DNA of 35,618 nt from Candidatus Omnitrophota bacterium (GTDB lineage Bacteria; Omnitrophota; Gorgyraeia; Duberdicusellales; 4484-171). The notes below the pieces were generated by a model, which worked only from the letters and a program-made list of their open reading frames with translations, was not told the origin of the DNA and ran no database searches. The position numbers and the translations under genes are program-made. Where the stretch lies: positions 1 through 35,618 of the forward strand of contig JAWOBO010000038.1 in assembly GCA_046484225.1 (NCBI GenBank), given 5' to 3'. This document shows, one piece after another, positions 1 through 9,273 of this stretch; position 1 is the stretch's first letter; each line of letters begins with the position of its first letter.

Positions 1-28
1 TTGATTTTATTTTATTTTACGCTATTAT
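1..28 (+). promoter_or_regulatory. Putative sigma70 promoter for the first operon
   Basis: TTGATT (1-6), 16-nt spacer, TATTAT (23-28), upstream of ATG at 60. Very AT-rich context, so a chance match is possible. Confidence 0.35.
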
Positions 29-59
29 ATTTTTTATATCTTTATAAAATTTATTAAAT

Positions 60-689
60 ATGTTTAGTATTAAATTTTTAATAATAATTTCTGTTACATT
101 AATGTTTGTTTCTTGCACCCACCAACAAAAATATACCAAAGATTCTAACAAACAGCAGCCTCAGGATAAAAAAGTATTTCATATCATAAAAAAAGGTGAT
201 ACTTTATGGAAAATATCTCGCCGCTATAAAGTTGGTACAAAGAAAATAATGGAAGCAAACAAGCTTAATTCACCTAATAATTTAAAAATTGCAGAAAAGT
301 TAATTATCCCAATTAATACAGATAAGAATAATAAATTTTTGTGGCCAGCTTATGGAAAAATAGTAAACCCTTACAATAAAAAAAATGGCAAAATACCTAA
401 TAAGGGTATTGATATCGAATTAGGAAAAGATAAAACTATTATAGCATCTAACTTAGGCGAAGTAGTCTTTTCTGATAACCTAGGCGCATGGAACAAAACA
501 ATAATCTTAAAACATCCAAATAATTTTTATACTATTTATGCTAACTTAGACAAAATGCTTGTATCCTCAAACCAAAATGTAAAAAAAGGGCAGGCTATCG
601 CTAGCTATGATAGTTCAGGAACAAAAACTGTTCATTTTGAAATACGAAAAGATTATATACCAAAAAATCCCCTAAACTATCTTAATTAA
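60..689 (+). CDS. LysM + M23 (LytM) domain lipoprotein, NlpD-like, probably catalytically degenerate
   Basis: Lipobox-like FVSC after a hydrophobic N-terminus; LysM motif HIIKKGDTLWKISRRY; M23 motifs FLWP..G, NKGIDI and VHFEIR. The HxxxD Zn ligand His is replaced by Asn, as in NlpD-type amidase activators. Confidence 0.85.
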   Translation: MFSIKFLIIISVTLMFVSCTHQQKYTKDSNKQQPQDKKVFHIIKKGDTLWKISRRYKVGTKKIMEANKLNSPNNLKIAEKLIIPINTDKNNKFLWPAYGKIVNPYNKKNGKIPNKGIDIELGKDKTIIASNLGEVVFSDNLGAWNKTIILKHPNNFYTIYANLDKMLVSSNQNVKKGQAIASYDSSGTKTVHFEIRKDYIPKNPLNYLN

Positions 690-2252
690 ATGGATCCTTT
701 TAACAAAAACCCTAACTTAATCAATCTCTCAAAAAGAATTAGTTCTTTCAAGCGAGGCTATCGTCAAAATATAGCTATTCTTGCTGATGACAAAAACGAA
801 ATATCAAACCTAATTAACAGCTATTTAACTCACAGAAAAGCCGAACAACTAGTCCATATCTATCTTAACCCAACTTATTTAAACAAAAATAATGTTTTTA
901 AATCCATAGCTTTCTGTTTACTTTCCGAACATAGCTCAACTGTTACAAACTTGGACCAATTGATAACTACCTGCTCTGATAGTTTACCCAAAACTACCAA
1001 TTTGATTAAAGACTTATTACAAAAAAATATCAACCTTTTAGACACATTAAACCTAATAAATGAGTTTATCCAAGAAAGTAACAAAAACTGTATTTTCATA
1101 ATTGAAGAATTCCCCCAAGCCAATAAACTTTTTAAGAATTTTTATCAACAACTTGCTAGCTTTGCGATATCTCAACGAAAATGCATGCTTGTGATCAGTT
1201 CGTCTCACCCTGAAACCGCAGATAAAATCATAGGCAATGAATTGAACCTTCTTTTTGGTAATTTTGAAAAAATATACCTCAATAAAAATAATTTTTTTGA
1301 AAATTTTATTTTACTTGAAAGCAAACTAGATAAACTCAAACCTTCACCGGTCTTTATATCTTTTTTTATCAACATTATTGGCAATAACCAAAGCTACTAT
1401 CAATTATTTAAAAAAGCTATAAATCAGCACTATACAGAGGTAGAAGAAAATACTATCATAAAGGTCCTAGAAGTTTTACTTTTTAATCAAGAAACTTATT
1501 TTTTTCAAAAATTTAATGACAAGGTTAACAAAATCAAATATCACTTCAAAGCGCCTGCACCTATAATTAAAATACTTTTTTTGCTTAGTAAAGGTTATAT
1601 GCGTAAAGAAAACCTTAAAAGCTTAACTGGTAGCTCAAGTCGCGATATAAACCATAAGTTAAATAAGCTAGTAAGCCTCAACTATCTAAACAAACATGGA
1701 AATATCTATAAAATAAAAGATAAACTTTTTTCCTTTTGGATGTCTCACTTTTTTAAATTTTATTCTATTTCTCCTGTGTCTGAGCCTCAAAAGCGAAAAA
1801 ATCTTTGGCAGAAAGAAGTTCAAGAAGAAATAAACCTTTTTAAAGAAGAATTTGCAAAAAATAGATTGAAAAAAATAGTTGAGCTATTTATGGCTTTCAA
1901 GGATGACTCCCTAGCAATTGACAAAGATAGATACAACCTACCTAAATTAGATAATGCAAAAGTTATTTCCTACCCAGAAAATAACTTCCATCTTTTAGTG
2001 GGAGAGGGTAAAAAAATTGTATTTGCCGGAATAAAAGAAAAAACAGCCGACGATAAAGATATTCTTGAATTTATTGAAAAAGGCACTAACATCAAAGGTA
2101 AAAATGTTCAAAAAATATTTATTTCATTAGATGAATTAACTGATACTGCCAACTTGCTCGCTAAAAATAAAAAGATTACTCTCTGGGATAAAAATAGAGT
2201 AAATAATCTTCTTGATATCTATAACAAACCAAACCTTTTGCAGTGTTTATAA
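690..2252 (+). CDS. Degenerate P-loop ATPase-like protein with wHTH and C-terminal restriction-endonuclease-like fold
   Basis: 520 aa. RQNIAIL strand is followed by a decayed Walker A; Walker B-like IFIIEEFPQ; HTH-like segment LKSLTG...KLNKLVSLNYL...YKIKDKLFSFW; C-terminal IFISLDELTDTANLLAKNKKITLWD resembles Mrr/PD-(D/E)xK tails. Confidence 0.55.
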   Translation: MDPFNKNPNLINLSKRISSFKRGYRQNIAILADDKNEISNLINSYLTHRKAEQLVHIYLNPTYLNKNNVFKSIAFCLLSEHSSTVTNLDQLITTCSDSLPKTTNLIKDLLQKNINLLDTLNLINEFIQESNKNCIFIIEEFPQANKLFKNFYQQLASFAISQRKCMLVISSSHPETADKIIGNELNLLFGNFEKIYLNKNNFFENFILLESKLDKLKPSPVFISFFINIIGNNQSYYQLFKKAINQHYTEVEENTIIKVLEVLLFNQETYFFQKFNDKVNKIKYHFKAPAPIIKILFLLSKGYMRKENLKSLTGSSSRDINHKLNKLVSLNYLNKHGNIYKIKDKLFSFWMSHFFKFYSISPVSEPQKRKNLWQKEVQEEINLFKEEFAKNRLKKIVELFMAFKDDSLAIDKDRYNLPKLDNAKVISYPENNFHLLVGEGKKIVFAGIKEKTADDKDILEFIEKGTNIKGKNVQKIFISLDELTDTANLLAKNKKITLWDKNRVNNLLDIYNKPNLLQCL

Positions 2253-2253
2253 A

Positions 2254-2751
2254 ATGAGAATATTAGTAATTTCTGACACTCATACAACTGAACCTAACAA
2301 AAATCTTTTTTCAGAACTGGACAAAGAAATCAAAATAAGTGACTGTTGTATCCACGCTGGCGATTTTACTACTTATTCAATATATGAGGAGCTTTCTAAA
2401 AGAATTAAAACTTATGCAGTTGCCGGGAATATGGATGATGACCTAATTGTACAAAAACTGCCTAAAAAAGAAGTATTTAATATATCTGATTTTACTTTTG
2501 CTCTTATCCACGGTAGCGGAACTCCAAGCACCATAGAACAATACATTCGATACCAATTTCAAGAAAATTTCGAAAAAATAGATATCTTTGTTTATGGCCA
2601 CTCTCACCAAGCCGCTGATCATAAAATAAACAATAAAATATATTTTAATCCCGGCTCAATTGGTGATACAATAACAACTTCAGAAAGAACATACGGAGTT
2701 ATAGAGATAAAAAATGGAGCATTAAACAGGAGTATTAAAAAAATTGGATAA
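2254..2751 (+). CDS. YfcE/MJ0936-family metallophosphoesterase
   Basis: Motifs ISDTH, HAGD, GNMD, IHG, GHSH, FNPGS. Start moved to ATG 2254 (MRILVISDTH), just after the upstream stop. Confidence 0.9.
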   Translation: MRILVISDTHTTEPNKNLFSELDKEIKISDCCIHAGDFTTYSIYEELSKRIKTYAVAGNMDDDLIVQKLPKKEVFNISDFTFALIHGSGTPSTIEQYIRYQFQENFEKIDIFVYGHSHQAADHKINNKIYFNPGSIGDTITTSERTYGVIEIKNGALNRSIKKIG

Positions 2752-3220
2752 ACTTTGGGCGCCTTGGCGAATAAAATACGTAAGCCAAAAAAAAGAATCT
2801 GGCTGTCTTTTTTGCAAGATTCACAAACAAAAAAAAGATAAAAAAAATCATATTGTTTTACGCTCAAAATATTGTTTTGTAGTTTTAAACCGTTTTCCTT
2901 ACAATAATGGGCACTTGTTGATTACTCCCTACAAGCACACCGCAAAACTAGAGCAGCTAAAGGAAAAAGAAATTCTTGATATATATAAAACAATGATTAA
3001 AATAAAAAAAATTGTTCAAAAAGTTTTACACCCAGATGCATTTAATATTGGATTTAACCTTGAGGAAGCTGCCGGCGCAGGCATAACAGATCATCTACAT
3101 CTTCATTTAGTGCCTCGCTGGAGGGGTGATACTAATTTTATGCCGGTTTTATCTGAAACTAAAATAATTTCACAAAGTTTGGATGACCTGTACAATAAAT
3201 TAAAAAAGGAAGCCAAGTGA
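2744..3220 (+). CDS. HIT-family protein (Ap4A hydrolase/phosphorylase type)
   Basis: LWAPWR, CLFC, LNRFPYNNGHLL, AAGAG and histidine triad HLHLHLVPRW; TTG start. Confidence 0.9.
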   Translation: MDKLWAPWRIKYVSQKKESGCLFCKIHKQKKDKKNHIVLRSKYCFVVLNRFPYNNGHLLITPYKHTAKLEQLKEKEILDIYKTMIKIKKIVQKVLHPDAFNIGFNLEEAAGAGITDHLHLHLVPRWRGDTNFMPVLSETKIISQSLDDLYNKLKKEAK

Positions 3221-4260
3221 ACACTAGTTTGAAGATGTTTTCGTCATACCATACCCTTTACAGGTTGGCTACTACTTTCACTGACCTGAAAAGTTTTGCT
3301 ATCGGTATAGCTAAGATATATAAGAACGCCTTTAGAGCCGATAAAGTAACAGTGGTTTTAAAAACTATTGGCTCCAAGCAATATGTTAAAGTAAGTTTTA
3401 AAAATCAGACAAAGATTATAAAAAAAGGAGGAATTTCAATACTTACCAAAGTTGAAAAAAATATCCTCAAGCAAGAAAATGAAATAATATTAGACAAACG
3501 ACTGGTTTATCCTTTTACCTTCATTAAAACCTTAGGTGGAGTCTATATCAAAAGAGGTAAAAAACTTAAAAAGTTTGCTCCAAATGAAAAGAAATGGTTT
3601 TATTCACTGTGTGAAGAAGCTAGCTTAGCTCTTAAAATATTTTCTTTGTACAAAGAGCAACAAAAACTAATTTTAAGCTACATAAAATCTATATCCAATT
3701 TTCTTAGCCAACATGTCCCAACCTCACGGCTTCACACCAGGCACATTCTTCAAATTTTAAAAGCAATGGAAAAAGAACTATCTTTGACAAAAGCAGAAAT
3801 AAAGTCTTTAGAGTTTGCAGCTCTCCTGCATGATGCCGGAAAAATGAATCTTCCCCGAAAACTTCTTAAAAAACGAAAACCACTGACAGCAGAAGAATTT
3901 GAACTCATTGCCAAGCATCCACAAAAAGGCACTGAACTGATCAAGGATCTTGAATCTTTAAAGCCGGTTATGCCAATAATCCTTTACCATCACGAAAGAT
4001 ATGATGGCAAAGGTTATCCTTCTGGTTTGAAAAAAAATCAAATTCCTTTAGGCTCCCGAATTTTGTCTATAGTCGATTCTTTTGATGCTATGTACTTCGG
4101 CCGTCCATACAGAAAAGGCTTCTCGCTCGAAACCGTCAAAGAAGAATTAAAAAAACAAAAAGGTAAACAATTCGATCCAAAAATAGTAGATGTATTTTTA
4201 AAAATATTACGGCGTAAAACTATAAAAAGGGCCTTGAGGTATGACTACAAAAAAAAATAA
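3217..4260 (+). CDS. HD-GYP cyclic-dinucleotide phosphodiesterase with N-terminal GAF-like region
   Basis: LLHDAGK, HP..G, HHERYDGKGYP, DSFDAM..RPYR, GKQFDP; GTG start overlapping the HIT stop. Confidence 0.9.
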   Translation: MNTSLKMFSSYHTLYRLATTFTDLKSFAIGIAKIYKNAFRADKVTVVLKTIGSKQYVKVSFKNQTKIIKKGGISILTKVEKNILKQENEIILDKRLVYPFTFIKTLGGVYIKRGKKLKKFAPNEKKWFYSLCEEASLALKIFSLYKEQQKLILSYIKSISNFLSQHVPTSRLHTRHILQILKAMEKELSLTKAEIKSLEFAALLHDAGKMNLPRKLLKKRKPLTAEEFELIAKHPQKGTELIKDLESLKPVMPIILYHHERYDGKGYPSGLKKNQIPLGSRILSIVDSFDAMYFGRPYRKGFSLETVKEELKKQKGKQFDPKIVDVFLKILRRKTIKRALRYDYKKK

Positions 4261-5230
4261 ACTGAAAAAAATTATTTCTAAATTTGCCAATAAAAAAATT
4301 TTGGTGGTTGGAGACCTTATCTTGGACCGGCATATTTTCGGCAGCGTAAACCGTATCTCTCCTGAGGCTCCTGTCCCGGTAGTTTGGGCTAAAAAAGAAA
4401 CATTTCGAGCCGGCGGAGCTGCAAACGTTGGCCTAAACTTAACAGATCTAGGCGCCAAGGTAGCTCTTTGCGGGTTAATCGGCCAAGATATCTTTGGTAA
4501 ACAACTATATTCTTTGCTTAACAAAAAAAAACTTAGCACAAAATATATCTTCAAAGACAAAAAACGACGAACTACCTTAAAAACCAGAATTATTGCCCAC
4601 CACCAACAGGTAGTCCGGCTTGATTGGGAAACAACCAATCACTTTTCTAAAAGAACCACAACAAATATTATCAACAAAATAAAAAATAACCTAGATAACT
4701 TTGACGCAGTAATTATTGAAGACTACGGCAAAGGAATGGTTAATCCCTTATTAGTTAAAGAACTTGTCAGCCTTTGTGGGAAAAAAGATAAAATTATCAC
4801 TGTAGATCCAAAAGAAGATCATTTTCAATACTACCAAGGAGTAACTGCTTTAACCCCCAACCTTAGTGAAGCTCAAATAGCAGCCGGGAAAAAAGCGAAA
4901 AATAAAAGTGAGATAAAGAGTCTTGGAGAAAAAATTTTAAAAGAGTTAAAGCCTAAATCAGTTCTTTTAACTTTGGGAGAAGATGGAATGATGCTTTTTG
5001 AGAAAGGAAAAATTCAACATATTCCCACTGCTGCCTTAGAAGTATACGACGTAACTGGAGCCGGTGATACGGTAATTTCTTTATTTACACTGGCTTTAGC
5101 AAGTGGGGCAACCAGTTTACAAGCAGCCCAGCTTGCTAACCTAGCTGCAGGATCTGTAGTAGGAAACCTAGGAGCAACAACAACAACCAAAAAAAAGTTA
5201 ATAAAGATAATTAATGAAAAAAGAAATTAA
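4241..5230 (+). CDS. hldA: D-glycero-beta-D-manno-heptose-7-phosphate kinase (RfaE domain I)
   Basis: VVGDLILD, RISPEAPVPV, GGAANV, DYGKG, VDPK and PfkB signature DVTGAGDT; no adenylyltransferase domain. Confidence 0.92.
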   Translation: MTTKKNKLKKIISKFANKKILVVGDLILDRHIFGSVNRISPEAPVPVVWAKKETFRAGGAANVGLNLTDLGAKVALCGLIGQDIFGKQLYSLLNKKKLSTKYIFKDKKRRTTLKTRIIAHHQQVVRLDWETTNHFSKRTTTNIINKIKNNLDNFDAVIIEDYGKGMVNPLLVKELVSLCGKKDKIITVDPKEDHFQYYQGVTALTPNLSEAQIAAGKKAKNKSEIKSLGEKILKELKPKSVLLTLGEDGMMLFEKGKIQHIPTAALEVYDVTGAGDTVISLFTLALASGATSLQAAQLANLAAGSVVGNLGATTTTKKKLIKIINEKRN

Positions 5231-5990
5231 TGTTATTGGAGTAATCCCGGCAAGATATGCATCAACCAGGCTTCCTGCTAAGCTGCTTCAGGATTTGTGT
5301 GGAAAATCTATGTTACGTTGGACCTGGGAAAGTGCTTCGGGAGCACGCCTCCTAGATAAACTAATTATTGCTTGTGACCATCCTGAAATCGAAAAAGAGG
5401 CAAAAAAAATCGGAGCAGAAGTGGTCAATACCTCTGATCAACATACATCCGGAACCGATCGAATTGCTGAAGCAGTAAGAGATATTGATGCAAAGCTAGT
5501 AATAAACATTCAAGCCGATGAACCCTTTATACATCCTTCGACAATTGATAGCCTTATTCAAGAAATGCTTGCGGCTAAAGATTTATCTATGGCAACCGTT
5601 AAGAAAAAGATAGAAGACCAAAGCCAAATCAATAACTCTAATGTAGTAAAAGTTATCTGTGACAAATTTGACTTTGCAATTTACTTTTCTCGGCTCCCAA
5701 TACCTTACTATCGCGACAACAGCAATGATAGCTCCTTTTCTTTGAAATCTTTTCGCAACACCTACTATAAACATCTAGGAATTTATGCCTATAGTAAAGA
5801 TTTTTTATATACTTTTAAAAATCTACCGATTTCTAAGCTAGAAAAGGCAGAAAAATTAGAACAACTACGTGCTCTTGAGGCAGGATATAAAATAAAGGTT
5901 ATTGAAACCCATTTTGACTCTTTTGGAATAGATACCTCCGAAGATCTCTACGAAGCTGAAAAAATCTTAATGCAAAAAGGATACGCATAA
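5214..5990 (+). CDS. kdsB: 3-deoxy-manno-octulosonate cytidylyltransferase
   Basis: IPARYASTRLPAK, SGTDR, NIQADEP, YFSR, HLGIYAY, EKLEQLRALE. Confidence 0.97.
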   Translation: MKKEINVIGVIPARYASTRLPAKLLQDLCGKSMLRWTWESASGARLLDKLIIACDHPEIEKEAKKIGAEVVNTSDQHTSGTDRIAEAVRDIDAKLVINIQADEPFIHPSTIDSLIQEMLAAKDLSMATVKKKIEDQSQINNSNVVKVICDKFDFAIYFSRLPIPYYRDNSNDSSFSLKSFRNTYYKHLGIYAYSKDFLYTFKNLPISKLEKAEKLEQLRALEAGYKIKVIETHFDSFGIDTSEDLYEAEKILMQKGYA

Positions 5991-5992
5991 TT

Positions 5993-6775
5993 ATGAAACA
6001 AGAAAAATTAATTATCATTGCTGGGCCCTGTGCCATAGAAGATGAAAAAACTACTACAAATATCGCATCTTACCTAAAAGACAATCTCTCTGACCTGCCA
6101 ATTAAACTTATTTTTAAAGCAAGTTTTGACAAAGCAAACAGAACTTCAGTTGATTCCTACCGTGGGCCGGGTTTAAAAAAAGGTTTAAAAATATTAAAAA
6201 AAATTAAAGAAAAAACCAGCCTTTCTATTTTAACCGATGTTCATTGCTGTCAGCAAATAAAAGAAGTTGAGAAGGTGGCAGACATAATACAAATTCCAGC
6301 TTTTCTTTGCCGGCAAACCGATCTAATAGTAGAGGCGGCTAAAACAAAAAAAATAATCAATATTAAAAAAGGTCAATTTGTGTCTCCTGAAAACACAAAA
6401 CACATACTGAAAAAAATAGAATCAACGGGTAATAAAAAAATTTTTATTACCGAGCGTGGCTTTTGTTTCGGCTATAACAACTTAGTAGTTGATTTTCGCG
6501 CATTTCCAATTATGAAAAAGTTTGGTTATCCGATTATCTTTGATGTAACTCATTCACTTCAAAGGCCTTCAGCTGAATCAGGAACATCGGGCGGAGACAG
6601 TCAATTTGTTAAGCCGCTTAGCCTAGCAGCAGCTGGTGCAGGAGTCGATGGCTTTTTTCTTGAAGTTCATCCTAACCCAAAAAAAGCCTTGTCAGACCGC
6701 TTTACAACCTATAAACTTAGCAAGATAAAAGAACTAATTCAAAAAATATTAGCTATAAGAAAAATAATTAATTAA
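5993..6775 (+). CDS. kdsA: KDO-8-phosphate synthase (metal-dependent type, Cys in GPC)
   Basis: AGPCAIE, KASFDKANRTS, QIPAFLCRQT, KKGQF, ERG, DVTHS. Confidence 0.97.
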   Translation: MKQEKLIIIAGPCAIEDEKTTTNIASYLKDNLSDLPIKLIFKASFDKANRTSVDSYRGPGLKKGLKILKKIKEKTSLSILTDVHCCQQIKEVEKVADIIQIPAFLCRQTDLIVEAAKTKKIINIKKGQFVSPENTKHILKKIESTGNKKIFITERGFCFGYNNLVVDFRAFPIMKKFGYPIIFDVTHSLQRPSAESGTSGGDSQFVKPLSLAAAGAGVDGFFLEVHPNPKKALSDRFTTYKLSKIKELIQKILAIRKIIN

Positions 6776-6776
6776 A

Positions 6777-7757
6777 ATGAAAAAACTTAATAAAAAAACT
6801 ATCCTTGACTGGGCCGAAGACGTGTTGACCACTGAAACCAAAGGCCTTGAAAATGTTAAAGCAAAGCTAGGAAAAAACTTTTTTGAGTCAATTAAGATTG
6901 CCTCAAAGTGCAAGGGCCGGCTCATTATCTCAGGAATGGGTAAAGCTGGAATAATCGGTCAAAAATTTTCTGCAACTCTTTCTTCAACCGGAACATCAAG
7001 TTTTTGGCTCCATGCAGCTGAAGCAGTGCATGGAGATTTAGGAAGAATTAAAAAAAATGACATTGTGATAATTCTATCTTATAGCGGCCAAACTGACGAA
7101 ATAAAAAATCTAATTCCTTTTGTTAAAAAAATTGGTTCAAAAATTATCGCGATAACCGGAAACGTAGGATCAAATTTAGCTCAATACTCGGATGTAGTAA
7201 TCGATGTTGCCGTAGATAAAGAGGCCTGTGGCTTAGGCCTGGCACCAACTACATCTACTACTGCAATGTTAGCAATTTGTGATGCAATTTCAGTAGTTTT
7301 ACAAAAAATAAAAGGTTTTAAAGAAAAGGACTTTGCGTCTTTTCATCCAAGAGGCTCTCTAGGAAGAAAACTTCTTCTTAAAGTATCAGACATCATGAGA
7401 AAAAAGAAATCAAACCCGGTAGTTGACGCAGAAACATCGGTTGATCAGGTTTTATTAAAGATTACCTCCGCACATGCAGGAGCTGCTACCGTTGTAGACA
7501 AAAAAAATAAGATAATCGGAATATTTACCGATGGCGACCTCCGCCGGAATTTAAAAAAAGACAGAAATATCTTAAATAAAAAAGTTAAACTTGTTATGTC
7601 AGCCAAACCTACGGTTGTCAAGGATAGTGATTTAGCCTCACAAGCCCTTAAGGTTTTAGAAAAGAAAAAGATAGATGAGCTACCCGTTGTTGATAAAAAC
7701 AATCATCCGGTCGGAATGCTTGATATCCAAGATTTGATTGCAGCCGGCTTGGTCTAG
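6777..7757 (+). CDS. kdsD: Arabinose-5-phosphate isomerase (KpsF/GutQ family, SIS + 2 CBS)
   Basis: GMGKAG, STGT, EAVHGDLG, LAPTTST, FHPRGSLG, GIFTDGDLRR; lies in the kds cluster. Confidence 0.95.
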   Translation: MKKLNKKTILDWAEDVLTTETKGLENVKAKLGKNFFESIKIASKCKGRLIISGMGKAGIIGQKFSATLSSTGTSSFWLHAAEAVHGDLGRIKKNDIVIILSYSGQTDEIKNLIPFVKKIGSKIIAITGNVGSNLAQYSDVVIDVAVDKEACGLGLAPTTSTTAMLAICDAISVVLQKIKGFKEKDFASFHPRGSLGRKLLLKVSDIMRKKKSNPVVDAETSVDQVLLKITSAHAGAATVVDKKNKIIGIFTDGDLRRNLKKDRNILNKKVKLVMSAKPTVVKDSDLASQALKVLEKKKIDELPVVDKNNHPVGMLDIQDLIAAGLV

Positions 7758-7760
7758 GTT

Positions 7761-7807
7761 TTAATGTTACGTTCCGATAGAAGACGGACGAAAAGACGAT
7801 AGACGAA
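7761..7807 (-). repeat. Partial, inverted copy of the 97-nt heptamer-periodic element
   Basis: TTAATGTTACGTTCCGATAGAAGACGGACG aligns to the reverse complement of the right end of the copies at 19547 and 22457 (TTATAGTTTCGTTCCGATGGATGATAGACG); GATAGAC-type units continue to 7807. Confidence 0.7.
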
Positions 7808-7810
7808 CAA

Positions 7811-8356
7811 ATGAAAAAAATGAATGTAAAAAAAATAAAAAAAAGATTAGCTGGGATAAAACTTTTGATCTTAGATGTTGATGGGGTTCTTACCAAAGAA
7901 GAAATAGTTTATGATGACCACGGCAGAGAACTTAAAATGTTTAACGTAAAAGACGGTTTAGGAGTCTATCTCCTCTCTATTATAGGGGTAAAAACCATTT
8001 TCCTTTCGGCTAAAAATTCACCGATTTTAAAAAAACGAGCAAAAGATATGCACGTAGTAGAAGTACGGGGAGGAAAGATACCCAAAGAAAAAGAACTAAA
8101 AGAAATTAAAAATAAATATCAAGTAAATGAAAAAGAAATTTGTTTTATCGGAGACGATTTAATCGACTTAGGAATGATTGAAAAATCTGGGGTCGGAATA
8201 GCAGTAAAAAACTCTTATCCGGAAATAAAAAAGGCTTCTGACTACATAACCTCACGTCGTGGCGGTGAAGGGGCAGTACGAGAAATCGCAGATTTAATAA
8301 TCAACGCCAAAGGCGCCAAGAAAAAAATCTTAAATTTTATCAAAAACCCTAGATAA
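7811..8356 (+). CDS. kdsC: KDO-8-phosphate phosphatase (HAD, YrbI family)
   Basis: LDVDGVLT, FNVKDG.G, IGDDLID, GGEGAVRE; start may be a few codons downstream. Confidence 0.95.
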   Translation: MKKMNVKKIKKRLAGIKLLILDVDGVLTKEEIVYDDHGRELKMFNVKDGLGVYLLSIIGVKTIFLSAKNSPILKKRAKDMHVVEVRGGKIPKEKELKEIKNKYQVNEKEICFIGDDLIDLGMIEKSGVGIAVKNSYPEIKKASDYITSRRGGEGAVREIADLIINAKGAKKKILNFIKNPR

Positions 8357-8366
8357 ACTCCTAGTA

Positions 8367-8394
8367 TTGACTTTATCCTCTTATCTGATATAGT
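8367..8394 (+). promoter_or_regulatory. Putative sigma70 promoter for lptC/A-lptB
   Basis: TTGACT (8367-8372), 16-nt spacer, extended -10 TG-A-TATAGT (hexamer 8389-8394). Confidence 0.6.
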
Positions 8395-8418
8395 AATATT
8401 CCTTTAAAGAGAAAGATT

Positions 8419-9246
8419 ATGCGAAATATAATATTTTTGCTTTTAATAGCATTCTTTTGTCTTGGATCTATCTTTGTTAGCTATGGGAGCACCAAGCAGG
8501 AAATAGACGATTTTTACCTTTCTAACTTCAAAAAAGACGGCTCCAGCGATTGGGAGATCGAAGGAAAAGAAGCAGTAGTAGATGGTGACTATATTGATAT
8601 CGAAACCATGGATGCCAACTACTATACAAAAGGCGATACGATATCGGTTAAGTCAAATAAAGCAAGATTGAATCAAAAGAGTCAAAACATCCAACTTGAC
8701 GGCGATGTGTTAATCGAAAACAAAGAAGGCTGGAATCTTAAAACTGATCACCTTGACTGGCAGCGAAAAGAAAATTATATAAAAACTGAATCTCCGGTAC
8801 GCACAGAAAGAGACGAATTTTTAGTTAAAGCCAAAGGTTTATATGCTGATTCGCAACTCAAAAAAGCTGACTTCAAAAAAGATGTTCAGGTTACTTATAC
8901 AGATAAAGACAAAAAGAATGCTACTACCATAAATTGCGATGGTCCGCTTGAAATAGAATATAACAAGAATAGAGCGTTTTTCGAAAACAACGTAGTAGTA
9001 AACCATAAGCAAGGGAAGCTCTTTTCAGATACGGCAACTATTTTTTTTGACAGAGAAGAAAAAACAATCACCAAGATTATATCCAAAGGTCATGTGAAAA
9101 TTGTACGAGATAGTAACGTTACTTTTGCCGAAAAAGTTACCTATCTAGCCGATGAAGAAAAACTTATTCTAGAAGGTAGCCCGCGCTTAATCTATTTTCC
9201 CAAAGAAGAAAACAATGATTCTTCAGGTTTTTTTGGAATGGATTAA
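8419..9246 (+). CDS. LPS export periplasmic bridge protein, LptC-like N-half fused to LptA/OstA-like C-half
   Basis: Lies between kdsC and lptB; N-terminal hydrophobic segment; beta-jellyroll motifs (LDGDV, LKTDHLDW, FKKDV, then FENNVVV, SKGHVKI, LILEGSP). Confidence 0.75.
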   Translation: MRNIIFLLLIAFFCLGSIFVSYGSTKQEIDDFYLSNFKKDGSSDWEIEGKEAVVDGDYIDIETMDANYYTKGDTISVKSNKARLNQKSQNIQLDGDVLIENKEGWNLKTDHLDWQRKENYIKTESPVRTERDEFLVKAKGLYADSQLKKADFKKDVQVTYTDKDKKNATTINCDGPLEIEYNKNRAFFENNVVVNHKQGKLFSDTATIFFDREEKTITKIISKGHVKIVRDSNVTFAEKVTYLADEEKLILEGSPRLIYFPKEENNDSSGFFGMD

Positions 9247-9273
9247 AATTAAAACAAAGATAAAATAATCAAA

